In this document: positions 50,100 through 64,000 of the stretch, one piece after another | Position numbering within the stretch: the first letter of the stretch is position 1 | How the letters are laid out: each line of letters begins with the position of its first letter | NCBI RefSeq assembly: GCF_036321535.1 | Contig: NC_087436.1 | Location: 92,816,001-92,880,000 of the forward strand | Origin: Camelus dromedarius | Taxonomy: Eukaryota | Length of the DNA: 64,000 nt | Reading direction: 5' to 3' | Translations under genes and position numbers: made by a program | Notes under the pieces: model-generated | Seen by the model: only the letters and a program-made list of their open reading frames with translations | Told to the model about the DNA's origin: nothing | The model's database searches: none

Positions 50100-53000
50100 A
50101 CAAAAAAAGGTATCAACTTTATTCTAGATCAGTTCAAGTTTCATTTCTTTGTCTTGAGGGTTTGTGGTTTGTTACTTAAATGAAATGGCCTACTACTCTT
50201 GGAAGTCTATGTATAAATGGTTGTAGAGCTCCAAATGTAAAGAATTTAATGAAAAAATACTATAAACTACTATTTTTTAAAGAATATAATTTTAAAAAAT
50301 AAAATTGGGAATAAATTGACCTAAATTCCACAGTTTATTTGAAAATATCTACAATTTAAAAAGAAATATGGTTCTACTGTTATATCCCTCTCTTAATTTA
50401 ATGGCATGGCCCCAATTACGTAAGTAATTGGTTAACAGCACTCCCTTCCTTGAAGCATTGACCTAGTCCCACTCTCTGTTAAAACTGCCAAAGTCCCACA
50501 CTCCCCATGTTTTCAAGGATGAGATCATTGGATACACGAGCTCCTTTAGGAGAGAGAAAGTGAAGTGGGAAGGCAAAATCTTCCTATCACTTCCTCTAGA
50601 GGGTGGTGGTCTCTGTGTCTTTGAGGACAGCAATAGAGGGGAAAAAGTCTTCCTTTTACTGAAAAACACTAGAATTTCCCCCTCCTCTCATGTTATGCTT
50701 ATTGTTATAAAATTGTGTCTTTTTCATATCAGGGCATTACTCTTAGTCAATCACTTCTAGTCACCTAGTCTAAAAGACCTATGTTAATTATAATTATTGT
50801 TTTTTTAAAATATTGATCTTAAAAAAGGATCCTCATCTTTTAGAAACACAACAAAATTTTTACTAAGTGTTATAGAATAATGTGAAATTAAACCAGAAGA
50901 GAAAAGAGGTGAAAATAGACAAGGGTGGCCATGGTGGAGGATTGCAATGAGGGTTGAGTGATAATATGGAGGTTCATTATACTATTCTATTTTTATGTAT
51001 GTTCAAAACTCACCATAATGAGTTTAAAAAAAAAAAAAACAACTTTGCTGACAAACCACCTGTCTAGACTGGTAACTCTCAAGGATCTTGGTTGACCACT
51101 GCTTTTCTCTATACCACTAAATCTTTAGAAATCAATTCTCCTAATACTCTTTTTAAAAAATGTATTGAGCTACCACTTTTCCCCTGATGTGGACAACTCA
51201 TTTACTAATTCAATATTTATTCACCTATCAAAATTGTCTTTATACAACTGATTTCCATAATGCTGCAAATTATAATGTCTAAGTAGACAAGGATTTAACT
51301 CACTTGTACAGTATTCTGCTTAGTATCAGTTATTAAAATTGCCATAGTAAACGTCTGCCAACTCTAAATACCTGGAAGAGAAATACATTCCTCTATGTTA
51401 TCTTGTGTTGATTTATAACTTTGAATATATTGTATATTGTGAATCATTTTAGGGTTACAAATAACTCACCCACTAGGCTGTAAATTTCACTAAGTACAGG
51501 AAAGCAAGCAAGTGAACAGTTAAGAGATCCACTATGATTTTTCTTTTTTCCGTTTCACCTTAGACCACATTTTTTCCAGTTTCATACTAGATCACAAAAT
51601 GATACCAGTTATTTTATTTGTGATGAGCTGAGGACAACAGCAGAGTTCAAGTTCACCTTATTCTAACAGTAAGGCGATAAAGTGCAATGGAAAGCTAAAT
51701 TCTAACTGTAAATGTGTTTTTGCAACATAACATTTTCAAATCAGCTTAAATCCAGAGATTTTTATTACACAATTTGATTTTTACATCAATAAAATCTTAG
51801 ATATAACAATACAGATAAAGGAACAATTTAATTTGTATTGAAATAAATATTAGATATACAAAGCACATAGTGAAAAAAGGTCACAATAAATTACAAGCGG
51901 AGACATTATTTTGCTCAATCACCAAAGAAAGCCCTTGACACTTCCAATTTCACACCATCAAATTTATCATTCTTGCTGATGTAAGCAGAACACGAAACGA
52001 ATATGGATCCCTGGGCTTACTTTCACAGGTACCAGCATAGATAATTTACTACAGTGATCCAATTTGGAAATCAGTTGGGACCAGTAAATCGCTGCATAAA
52101 AGAAAGAGTGAATGAGGTCCTTTTCCCTTAGTGTCAGCAGGCTATGATTATTATGTTTATTAGATATTCTTGAAAAGAATTCACATTTTCTCAAATATTC
52201 GAGTGCAATATATTTCCCCTCTGAGCCCTACATTAGCATTTACGTGCTTTGGTCTTGAATACAGGGGAATGATGAATTTTTCAATTTATTTTATAAATTT
52301 ACACAGTCTTGTTTATAAATTGGATAGTATTAGCCTGAAGAGTATATAACTTCCCAACCTGTACATTAGATATTAAAAATGGATTGAAGAGAAGTTCCTA
52401 AGAAATGCTGACATACTATATATACAAATTTTTTAGTTCAACATACCTCATTATGTAGAGCACCAGAAGTAATGCATTTATAAATCAAGCAGTTTTTTAT
52501 GACTCTCTTTCTAATCTTTGTGACCCTTTTACATTTATTCCAATATACACACATCACAAATGTTACCCGCCCAATACGTTGCCCATTTGGTCTCAATTTA
52601 CAAAAACATTTGTTCTATTTTAAAGTTACAAAAGAAAATAGTCAAAGTTTGGAATTAAACTGTCATGAATCAAGAGAAAAAGATTAGTTTAAAACTACCG
52701 AGCTTATCAAAAAAGTAATTTCAGAAAACTATGATGGAAAAAGTGAAATGAATTCTTGGGCCTCTCCTTCTCCTGGAATATGAGCTAATTTTTTGATTCC
52801 AACAAAGATATCAAAAATTTCCTATCATTTTCTAAGAAAAAGAATCTGTTTTAGATTTAAAGTAAGTACTGTATCTCTTGTCACATCAACTCAAATTCAA
52901 TGCAGGTCAGTTTTCCTATTTGCACTGAACAAGAGGAGAAAGATCACTCTAGAGTTAATCTCTCACAAAGGAACATGTTCCTTCTAAGAATCCTCCTGAA

Positions 53001-56000
53001 TACCACTTTAGAAGATAAACATGTCCTAGGATAATTACTACCAAGAAATCTCCCAAACTCAGCAGCTCCTTTTCTTAACCTTAATACCAGATCCAGTAAC
53101 AACTTTCCATCCAGAATATTAAAAGAAGACCGCTTATTAAAACAATCTCTGGAAATAACGCCCGGATTTATAAAACATATATGCTTTGGTAAACTATCTG
53201 TTAAGCCATACTAGCACACAGCCTCTGTAGAATTCTCTTAATTCTACAGAAATCCCAATGAGGTGTTAAGAGAAACTAGCTGTTTCTACACCTCAAACTG
53301 AATTTACAAATCTAGCTACCATTCCTAATATCCAAAAATTTCAGTATGCTTTATATTACTGTGAAAAGTCTAAATTTTAAGAGGTTGAACTGGCTATATA
53401 CCTCATGTACCTACAAAACGACCACAAAAAATTTTTTCTACACAACTGAAAATGAAGGAGAAAGAACAGTTTTATAATTGATGTGTTTTGGTGATTTAGG
53501 CACTTATAATTAAGGGGAAAAAAAAAACCCCAGCAAAGAGATCACGATCAGAATAATGTCACTAACTGTAACCTATGTTACTATTTACCTAGAAAGTAGA
53601 TATTAACAGGGTACTTCTTCCAGCTTCTGAACATCTCAATATTTTTAAAATGTATTCATAGTAAATGCTTACTAAATATTTACTGAACATTGAATAATTA
53701 GAGTCATGGAATTCAGGTCCTTAGTTTTATGTTTGACTCAGCGTATAGTGGCATTTAACCTTCCAACATGGCAGGTCAAACAGCTGGGGACTACTTGAGG
53801 AAAGAGTGCCACCTACTGATCATAAACATAACTGTGGTTACTTTCTCCCTTGAGGTTTTCCTTGCAGAGTAAAAATCAGTCTCAATTTGGATGTTAGCAA
53901 TGAGGCTAGTAGATCAAAGGGGATTTGGGTGGGCAGGTGGAGAGGAGCTTCAGAACTATATTAACTAAAACAAACTCCTTAGCATTAGACAAGGATCTTT
54001 ACCACAACCCCGCAAAATTTTCATTCATTCTGATCTCAATCTTAAAAAAAAAAACTAACCAAATCTCTCAGTTCTACTTGTATTACACACACACTTTCTT
54101 TCCTTTTTAGGATGAGTAATATTCATGTCCTAAACTTGTAAACCTAATCTGAATTTTCAATCTTGATTTTCATGAAGTATTCCGATAGATTTACAATTCT
54201 TAGTTATATAAAAGACTTCATAAATATTTTCAGAACTCCTGGTTCAATAATAGCATGCCTTGATTTTCCCTGTAAAGGAGGTTCCTAAATAACTAAATTT
54301 AATTTAAAAAAAAAAGTTAGTTTTCTTTTTTGATTACTTCTTCCAGAAGCATCTACCTTGGTGAATTTTTCTCCAAGAAAATTTAAATACAAATTGTTAT
54401 TTAAGAAATTTCTCTGTGTACTGACATTAAATTTAGAGTTAAAATTTATGAGGAATCAAGTATACAAAAGGGATCTAGAATTTTTGTTAGAATAAAGTAG
54501 GTTTTGTATGAGATCTCTACCTGCCCAAGAAGGTTTAATCTCTAAAAATGCCAGAAGAACAGTATTATAACACCTCCTAAAGAATCAGATATTCTGGACT
54601 TAGTTAAATCAACATTTTTTTTAAACTGCAAGTAAAAATAAATTGAACTATGCAGTATAATTTATCCTAGTACATTCACTCTATATACTGCTATTATATT
54701 TCCTTAATTTTAATTTGATAGGTATACATACAAGTTACACTATAATTTCAGATGTCAAATCAGCTGGCTGTAAATATTCATACCGCAGAATTTCCAACTA
54801 TAAGTTCATGCAAACGATCTAGTAATGCTCAAATTCTAAGATTTATTTTTTTCATGAGTTTAGGAGTATTTTGTTTATAAATAAAGCCTTCCTTTAAAGA
54901 ACAAACATGAGCATATCAGAAATCAAATCCCGTGATGTGATAGAAGCCTTGACTTTTGAAGCAGAGTGTTTTAAGTTGTAATAGTTTTAATGTTAAATTC
55001 TTTTTGTTAAAACCAACACGAATTATTTCCTTTAGGAAAATCTTTTTGACCAACAGTAATTTTCAAAATAAAGAGGAAAACTCAAAACAGTAGCATACTT
55101 ATAGATCATTAAAAGACACAATAATGACAAAAAGAGAGCACACAAACACAAAGAAAATAAATGGAAAAACTTACTCATTTCTGTACCTTAGTTAATAGCA
55201 CTGTTCCACGGTTAATTTCTTAGCTTTGGTAAATGTTGTATAGTGTGGAAAATGTTAACACAAGGGGAAGCTGAGTAAAAGGTATACAGGAACTCTCTTT
55301 ACTGTTTTTCACAACTCTTCTATAAATCTAAAGTTATCTCAAGATAGAAAAAGATTGTAGAAAACAAACAAAAAACTAGTAACTTAAAAAATAAACGTGC
55401 CTTCAGCTGCCAAAATTTCTTGATAATTCAAAATTTTAAAAACATCATTAGACATCAATAATGTTGTTTACTCAACATTACAGTCATTTTATTGCTCTAG
55501 AAAACTTAGTTTTAAAACCATCAGATTATATACATAGTGATAATGAAGACTAGCCACACACACACACTCAATCAACTATATCATGAGGCTGCTTCTCTAG
55601 CTTAGAAGATAAATATTACAAAAATACAAAAATAGCTGGTTACAGTTGAGCTATCAAGCAGGTATCACATTTCTATAGATCAAAAAGTTGAACAAAAACT
55701 GATGCTACTGAAGTCACTGAGTATATATGAGAAATCCAAGTTACATGCAGACAGAAGAAAATAGGTTACAGAAACCATTACATTACTCTGCACTAACATT
55801 TTGCAATGTTTTAAACATTTCCAATCATGCAACAGTAATAAAGATCAGAATGAATTTTATAAAGGAGTTTGACGGAAGCTCAACAAACAGGACTTAACAT
55901 ATTACACAACTCAAATCACAGTTGCGTAATACATCCCATTTCCCCAAATTTATCTATACATTAAGAAATTGAAATGTACACAATTTCCTCCACAACTCCT

Positions 56001-57048
56001 CCTCCAGCCCCATTCCTAATCAATAACCTTACCTATAAACCTTTCTATTTAATCTTTTAAATCAGATTTGATGGGTAAGCATAATCTTCATTATTTCAGG
56101 ACAGATATTAAGTTAAGTCAGTCACTCAATCTTCAATTACATTCCTTTCAAAAGACATCTGAACTGATGTACCTGTCTATGAAAATTCAAGCCTAAGAAA
56201 CTGAGAAAACTGGCAGTCAAGAATCTGATCTAAGTAACTCTGTAAACTACAATAATACTAAAACCTATGTATCCACATTTCTAAAAGAATAATTTTCTAT
56301 TTGAGAAATGTTACTCAATGGGTCTCTGAAAGGAAAACTGTCTGCCTACTGCTCTCTGATGTAAAATGCTTAAGTGACCCCAAATACTTACCCAATTGGC
56401 TAACAAGCTTATGGTTAGGCCTTTTTAAAAAGATATTCACAGAAGTAATTATAAAAGTAAAATTTTGGAAGGTCACAGCATAAGATACATATAGAATTCC
56501 TCTTATAATGGTACATCCAATATAAATCTGTCTCAACAAAGCAGCACAAAATCAATTTAAAACAATTTGAAATATAGTGGAAAGTGTTTTTGTTAAAATC
56601 ATCAACCAAAATTACTGAATGGCAAAAGAATACTGTCTCAAAATATACTGAATTTACATGTAAATATTACCATAATTAACTCATGCCAGATATAAATTCA
56701 GGATACCAATTAGATTGAAACAAATTTTATAGCTATTTTTACAAGAGAAATAAATGTATTTCATGATAGAGGCATAGCAGCGTCTAAAGAATTTTTGATA
56801 CATTTATCACAGATCCAAACTTCCTTAACCATGAACAACACAGTACAATAAAATTTTCTCACAAAGTATTTAAAAGGCTTGAATTAACATGCCAAGGAAA
56901 ATGATTATTTTTCTACTGAGATGCATTTATGTAAATTATGTAAATTAGATTGAGGTCAGTTTTACACCTGGAATTAACCACCCCTAGCAGAAGTACCAGC
57001 AGCTAATAATGCTTATTTATATTATATATAACTTAACTGGATGTTAAA
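50100..57048 (-). other. TMEM33: TMEM33 long 3' UTR (distal end uncertain)
   Basis: Repeat-poor AU-rich sequence after the stop; minus-strand AATAAA at 55488-55493, 51761-51766, 50334-50339 and 50118-50123. Confidence 0.6.
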
Positions 57049-57178
57049 CTATGCAACTGTTGGTGCCAGTCTGCTTATAAAGGCAATGCTCTGGAGACAA
57101 AGTCTTCTCACAAACAGTGGGCAAGCAGGTTTCATTATTAGATGTTCAACAACAATCCTCAGTTCATTGAACAAGGTC
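57049..57178 (-). CDS. TMEM33: TMEM33 last coding exon (CDS part)
   Basis: ttgcag| acceptor; TLFNELRIVVEHLIMKPACPLFVRRLCLQSIAFISRLAPTVA then TAG at 57049-57051; phase fits previous exon. Confidence 0.96.
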
Positions 57179-58199
57179 CTGCAAGATCAAAGAGTTTTCT
57201 TTCAGAAACCCAATAAAAAAGCAACATAATGTAAGAGCAGATGCCAATGAAAGACTTTCCTATAGCCGTTAAAGAATTTGAAGAAGCGGAAAAAAAAAAA
57301 AAAAAAGCCAGGATGCCCTGTAGGGAACACACAAAATTTTCAAAATCAACACCTGTTTCTTTTGGGGTGGCAGGGGGAGTTCGTCTAACAGAAGCATTTA
57401 ACAAATGGCTCTCTCTGAGGGCTGAGACTAGGGATGATTCGTATCTTCTCTGCAGCTGAGTCATACATACCATTTTCACACTTAACTTGGGCAAATTCAA
57501 CTAGTTGTAAAAAAGAGACCAAGACAGTGAAAATTATGTAACACGAGCAATCCCACCTACTATTTCCTTAAAAGAACATACTGCCTCTTAGAGCTTCCCT
57601 TGTCTGAAAAATGGGAATATGTACTTACTGCAGTCATAGTGAAGTTTAAATGAGACAGCAGAGAAGATGCTCAATAAATGTTATCTCCCAACTGGATCAT
57701 TCTACTCCTCAAACTGGCTCTTGTTTGCCTTCAGACTAAATTCCACCTCCTCAACATCCAATGCCCTCCACAATCTAGTAATCTAGTCTCAGTTTGAACT
57801 TTCTGCTTCATCTCCTACCAGCCTCTGCCATGATGCCCATGTTCCAGTTATGTTGCGTGTTTGGGCCCAAACAGGTTGTGGACTTTGCCTTAACTGTGCT
57901 AGTCACTTACAAAGTACTGTTCATTACATACTGTAAATCACACACACACATCACACATTGTACAGGCTAGCAGATACAAAATCATGTATGCTGTACTATC
58001 ACTTCTAAGTGCTTTGAAAAATCATCAAGGGTAATTTGGCTATTCACAGTTTTTATGTGCTGACTCATCCTATATAAAGATACAACTTTTACCTTTTTGT
58101 ATCCTCTGTGTTATTTTAATGGTTAATAATAGGCAATAATCTGCTTTAAAAAAGGATGTAATACACTCTCACACAAAAACAGGAAGGAAATTTAGAAAG

Positions 58200-58920
58200 A
58201 TGCACATTTATCCAAAAACCTGCTCTTCCTCTTGTATGTCCTATCTTTGTGACAGCCCCACTACTCATGACTTTCTAAGGTTTCCAGGCTAGAAACCTGG
58301 AGGTCTTCTTTATCTCATTCTTCTTCCCTAAGCCCTAAATTCCTGCCCTCCTAAATATCTTTCAAATTTATCCCCTTTTTCCTTAACCACTGAATTAGTT
58401 CAGGCTCTGGACTACTCTAACAGTCTCCAAATTGGTCTTTTTCTCCTTTTCATGAGCCTGAAATCCATCTTCTGGAATCATATTTCTAAATCAGATCCTA
58501 CTATGTTCTCAACCTCTCCACATTATAAACTTCAAATGCTCTTCCTACCTTGAAATAAAATCCAACCCTTTTCGTGATCTAGTTCCTGTCTATCTTTCTG
58601 GGCACAGGTCTTTATTACTTCCCTATGTATTTGCTCAGGTCAAGTGACATGTAACTCCTGGTATGGTAAGCATATTCAGGCACCCACACACCAGAATACA
58701 GACTTCAAAAGACTTGGCTTATATTACCACCTGCTCAGTGAATTCTCATCCGTCTCCCTCTGTTCTCTGTGCTTTCAAAGCACCTTCATTATCATATTGA
58801 CTTATATAGCTATCTAATTCACTCAGCTCCAAGTCCCTAGAAAGCAGGTATTTCAATCTTGCATAAACTTATTATCATCAACAATCACCGTCTTCAGAAT
58901 AAATGAGTCTAATGAATAAA
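58200..58920 (+). mobile_element. L2 fragment in TMEM33 last intron
   Basis: ccaggctagaaacctggaggtc...ctcctaaatatctttcaaatt...aaaatccaaccc. Confidence 0.6.
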
Positions 58921-59076
58921 GTTAAAAGGCACCTTGAAAACACTCTAGTCAAACCCCCTCAGGTTACAGAAGAGGCCTAATGAGGTCAATGCGTGTCTAA
59001 AGTCACATGCCTAGTTTTTTTATTCTTGGCTCCATCCGTGGCATAAACTAGACCATGTCACAGAGTTCCTTCGGAG

Positions 59077-59257
59077 CAGCACTGACAACAGAACTTTCAG
59101 TGATGATGAAAATATCTGTCTACTGTCCAGTGCAGCGGCCACCAGCCATGCTTGCAACATGGTATGTGACTCAGGAGCTGAGCTTTAAATTGTATGAATT
59201 TAATTAAATTGGAATGGTCAAAAGTGGGTAGTGGTTGCTCTACTGGACAGTACAGCT
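59077..59257. mobile_element. MER3-like hAT element
   Basis: cagcactgacaacagaactttcagtgatgatgaaaatatctg...ctactggacagtacag. Confidence 0.7.
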
Positions 59258-59377
59258 CTGGACAATCTATACTACACATGAACAAAGGACTGGTACTACT
59301 AACTTGAGAATAAATATCATGATAGGTGAAAATGGTACAAACTGGCTATACAGACTGTCTCAAAACTCAATATATTT

Positions 59378-60012
59378 ACATTCTGGAGGATAGTATAGAA
59401 GTTTCTTAAAAAACTAAAAATAGAGTTATCATAAAATCCTCCTGGGAACATATCTGGAGAAAAATGTTATTCAAAAAGACACAAATCCCAATGTTCACAG
59501 CAGCACTATTTACAATAGCAAAAGACATGGAAACAACCCAAATGTCCACTGACAGATGACTGGATAAAGAAGATGTGGTGTGTGTGCGTGCGTGTATAAA
59601 ATGGAATACTACTCAGCCACAAAGAAGGATAAAATAATGCCATTTGCAGCCACATGGATGGACCTGGAGACTGTCATTCTAAGTGAAGTAAGCCAGAAAG
59701 AAAGAAAAATACCATATAATACCATTTATACGTGGAATCTTAAAAAAAGGGACACAAATGAACTTATCTACAACACAGAAACAGACTCACAGACATAGAG
59801 AATAAACTTATGGTTACCGGGGGGAAAGGAGGAGGAGGGATAAATTGGGAATTTGAAAATTGCACCTCTTGGGGAGTGATGGAAATGTTAGCTATCTTGA
59901 TTGTGGTGGTGGTTTCACTGGTGTATACGTCTATCAAAATTCATCATATTGTACATTTGAAATATGTGTAGTTTACTGTACAGGAACCATACCACAGTAA
60001 AGGTTTAAAAAA
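59378..60012 (+). mobile_element. L1 3' fragments (younger piece joined to an older L1 terminus)
   Basis: ccaatgttcacagcagcactatttacaatagc...MEYYSATKKDKIMPFAATWMDLE; then gtgatggaaatgttagctatcttgattgtggtgg. Confidence 0.85.
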
Positions 60013-61750
60013 AAAGTATAGTATAGAAAATGTAGTTTTATAGTCTGCTTATCAATATTCATAAACCCAAATATTTTCCATTACCTTTCCACCATTTTGA
60101 TTAAAATGCATGCTTATGTGAGAGGTTTATCAGCACATATTTGTGTTATCTTGATCAACTGCCTTCCTTTCTGTCTTTATTCCACTGAACACTTCTGAAT
60201 TTCTATATGTGCTGATATGATTTAAGGATATGTGGAGAAAATGGGAATAGAGAAGAGGATATAAAGAAGCAGAGAAAAACAAATCTGCTCATGAAAACTG
60301 GATGCCAGGGTAGGGGACCAGAATATAATGTCTAAAATGAATACACAGAACAGAAAAAAAAAAGGGGGGGAAACTCTGGAGTCAGGTAAAATTAAAGGTT
60401 TATTTTCAACTAGGGACTCCCCGTAAGAACCTATGTCTAAAGAAAGTAAAATCTATTTCAGAAAGTATTATAAAAAAAAACATTGTAGAGCATAAAAACC
60501 CCTTTAAAGGAGGTAAATCAGAATCATAAAAAAGGGAAAATAAACTATTAAAAACCAAATAGAATCTAAGTGCTTTTATAAACACTATTTCATTTCACCT
60601 CCAGAAGAAGGTTTCTTCCTATGTCAGTGAAAAAATTAAAATTTAAATAACTCGCCTAAAGCCACACACTTGGCAAAAGATGGGCCAGCATTCAAATTCA
60701 GTTTTTACTTTGCTTGTGAAAAATGTAACAGAGATGATGCTAATACACTCACTCAATTTCTGGCTGAATTCTACTACATGATGACTTTATTTTAAGTGAG
60801 AAAACAAAAACTATGTTAACGTTAGTATCTGAATAACATTTAAGAAACTATTTTTAAAAAGCTGTTCATTTCAATTTTCCTCTAACTTTTGAGATCAGAA
60901 GGCATAATTTATTGTATATTAATTTAAGTTTCCATTCCTGAACATTATAGCAATTTACTAAAATATTTCTCTGCTTCTTTATTTTTCCATTCCAAACAAT
61001 TCTGCACAAGGCTATCAGAAGAATATTGTGATCATGTCAAAACAATCATTTTTACACATCTAAAAAGTTCCAAAATTCTTACTCAGAAACTCAAGAAGTT
61101 TTATGATATAGCTTCAATATACCTTTTAAATCTTTGTTCCGACCACTCACCATTCAGAATTTCCCTTATAGTTAAATAGGTCCACTCAATGCCCCTTTTA
61201 CTCTGCTTTTCACCTTCCTGCCTCTGAACTTGTGCCCTACTGTTTTCCTACCTAAAATGCTTTTCCCTATTCTGTCTGTTAAAAGGCTTTAATCCTTCCA
61301 GAACAAATTAAAACCTCTATTTTGTGAAACTTTCCCGGGCTGTTCTATCTTCTGGCTCAATGATCTCTCCCCTCTTGTGGACTATACTGTACTGATACGA
61401 TAGAGCAAACGTGACAATTCATAGATTGACATGTGAATACTGTATCCTGAACTATTTCTTCCTTTTTTATTATCTGACATGTGTTTTTGTTTCTTCAACT
61501 AGAAAAGTTCCTTGAGAATGGGACTTATGTCTTACACATCTTTAAATTCCTTAAGCTTTAGCACTGTTTTAGAGGTAGAAGAAATACAATCATCTCGTCA
61601 ATCGTTCTATGGCCTAGAACTTAAATATAAAAACATCGCTTGCTTCTAAATTCTAACATAAAAGTTAAACAACTCTTAAAAGTTACAAATACTATTATTT
61701 TGTAATTGTCTTGATAAATAAATAAAACAGATTTAAACTAATCAGCTTAC

Positions 61751-61834
61751 CGACAATATGGATTTCTTCGAGAGGAATATCGAAGAGTAAGGAATCTATA
61801 ATATATAAAAGGCTGGAGCAAACTTCCTTGACCA
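61751..61834 (-). CDS. TMEM33: TMEM33 penultimate coding exon
   Basis: tttcag| ... |gtaagc; 84 nt; (S)GQGSLLQPFIYYRFLTLRYSSRRNPYC(R), the TMEM33/Pom33 family motif. Confidence 0.96.
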
Positions 61835-64000
61835 CTGAAATAAACACAAAGGTAATAAATACATGTTATCAATTCATATGTATACTCTCATACTTAAAGG
61901 CAATTTAATTGGAGAATGTGTATCTTTATTCATCAAATGGTCATAGTAATAGCTATAATATCTAAATCCAAGTTATTTTTAAAAAGGAAATAAATGAATG
62001 CATATGATTGGTAAAGAATAAAATATTACTGTTTAAATTTTATAAATATGTATTCATGTATAAATTACTTTTTAAGTTTTTTAAAGCTATTAAATAAATA
62101 ATAAATGTTTCAACAACTACCACTGATAACTGATAATCAAGTTTTAAAACTTCATAATGTATTTTAAATGAACAGTAGTTCACTTTATATAAATAAACAA
62201 GAAAAACTAATAAAACTGCACAGGCTCACTAGTAAACCTGCACAGCTTATACTATACTACTTACTTTTCTTGGTTAAAAATCAAAATCACAATACTTCAG
62301 GGGTCATATACGCTTATGAAATTCTAAGTCTGGAATTCTTTCCTAGGAAAAACTATCTACATTAAGACATCACTAAAATAACTACAAATAAAATGCAGCA
62401 ATAAACTAACATGGATAGTTCGGTAGCAGGGCTAAGTAAATTATGTTTATTAGATGGACTCGGTATGCAACTACTTAAGATTGTGATTATGAAAACCATA
62501 TAGCAACTTTGAAGAAAGTAGAATATAAAGCTATACCTATCATTAAAACTTCAGATGGGGGAGAAATATATTAAGATGCTAATATTTTTATTCTCCCTCG
62601 AAATTGTGTGGTACTGCTCTCATAATAAAAATAACATACATGATTACAAACTTATAATATTGCTATATCCATTTCCCCTAAAATCATGTGATGATCTTTA
62701 ACTCTAAATTGAAAAACACACATATTGCAGAAAACATAAATAGGAAAGAATATTCAATGAAAAATAAATTTTCCATCATCCAAGTTAGTTCTTTCTTCAA
62801 AGTTACAGCACAGTCTTTAATATATACTTCCAGAAATTTACACAAAATGTTTATAATGACTAACACAAACATAGTGCTCACTTTGTCATTCACTGAATCC
62901 ACTTAACGACCCTAGGAGGGAAGTGGCATTATCATACCCACCTTACATATGAAGAAACTGACACAGAAAGAAACGTATATATGCCTTTAAACGTATATAC
63001 CCCAAAATAATTGGGGAGCACCTTACCTAGTTTCCAACAAATTTTAAACGTATTATATCTTGGAGATAATTCCCTTTCACAACACATAACTTATCTCATT
63101 CTTTTTACAGCTTCAGATAGTCCATATTATGCATGCACTATTATGTAACAAGCTCTCTACTAATGAATCTACAACGATCATCCTTTTATCCATCTTTGCA
63201 CATGTGTGCGTGGATATGCAAAATAAACTCATAGACTATGTTCACTTTTAAATACAGAGCTTTACACATTATTGCTAAAAATATAACTTAATAAAGCCTT
63301 CTAATATTAGACTGTGCTTCTCCTATGAAGGGTAATATTTAAGGAACAATCGCTTAAAATTGCTTTTAATTTTATAGTCTGTGTTGTATTCAAGTAACGA
63401 ACTTGAAGCATTACTATCTTTTCTTGTTAGGGAGTGAATAAAACTTTATAACTTTATTTTAATTTTTTAGATAACAATGTGATCCCTCTATTTAAATACT
63501 TTCGGTAAATTCTCATTTCCTTTACAATAATCTTGAAGATTAAAATCACTTTGTTCATAGTAAGTGTTAAATAAAAGATTAAGTACCATAATTGAGTTAA
63601 TATAGCAATACAGTCAAACCTTAGTACTCCAACAAAAAATACACTGCAGTTCCAAAAATGAGGTTTTTCTTTAAGTGTGCATGGCATCTTGGCATTTCAT
63701 TGTAATTCTCTTAAGCTTACTTAAAAGGAGAATAAATTATTGTGCTTATTAAACAGAATCTGGAGGTTTCAGCTATAGACATAAATTATTTCCACATAAA
63801 GAACTAGTTTTGGTAGCTACATTTTAACTTTCACCCAGGTACATGAAACAAATCACAGAACCTCATGTGACCCAAGAAACAAACATGAACAAGAAAGTAA
63901 GAGGGCAAGAGGTTCCTTTTACCAATAAAAATGTTTAAGTGTATGATCAGGATTACAAAAAAAGAGTTAACCTTTAGGGTGAAAATTTTAAAGTAGAATA

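Overview
AT-rich mammalian genomic DNA, most likely camelid (short tRNA-Ala-derived Vic-1-like SINEs, cetartiodactyl-type L1 3' ends, no Alu/B1/BovA recognised). Two host genes lie on the minus strand: coding exons 1-8 of SLC30A9 (ZnT9; CpG-island promoter ~34.65-35.3 kb; gene continues off the left edge) and the last two coding exons plus a long 3' UTR of TMEM33. The rest is introns and intergenic DNA rich in L1, L2, MIR, hAT MERs and a dense cluster of solo ERV LTRs upstream of SLC30A9. The main hidden signal is in SLC30A9 intron 1 (~25.6-34.4 kb, minus strand): a heavily degraded, TE-fragmented sequence whose translation is collinear with bornavirus L polymerase from the N-terminus to the capping (PRNTase) region. 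This is a candidate endogenous bornavirus-like L element (EBLL), and it is interrupted by L2, MER33 and old L1 insertions, which would make it very ancient. A second fossil in intron 7 (~4.7-7.1 kb) looks like a Ty3/gypsy element (RT-RNaseH-integrase order) nested inside an L2. Reference protein sequences and repeat family names are from memory and need database confirmation.
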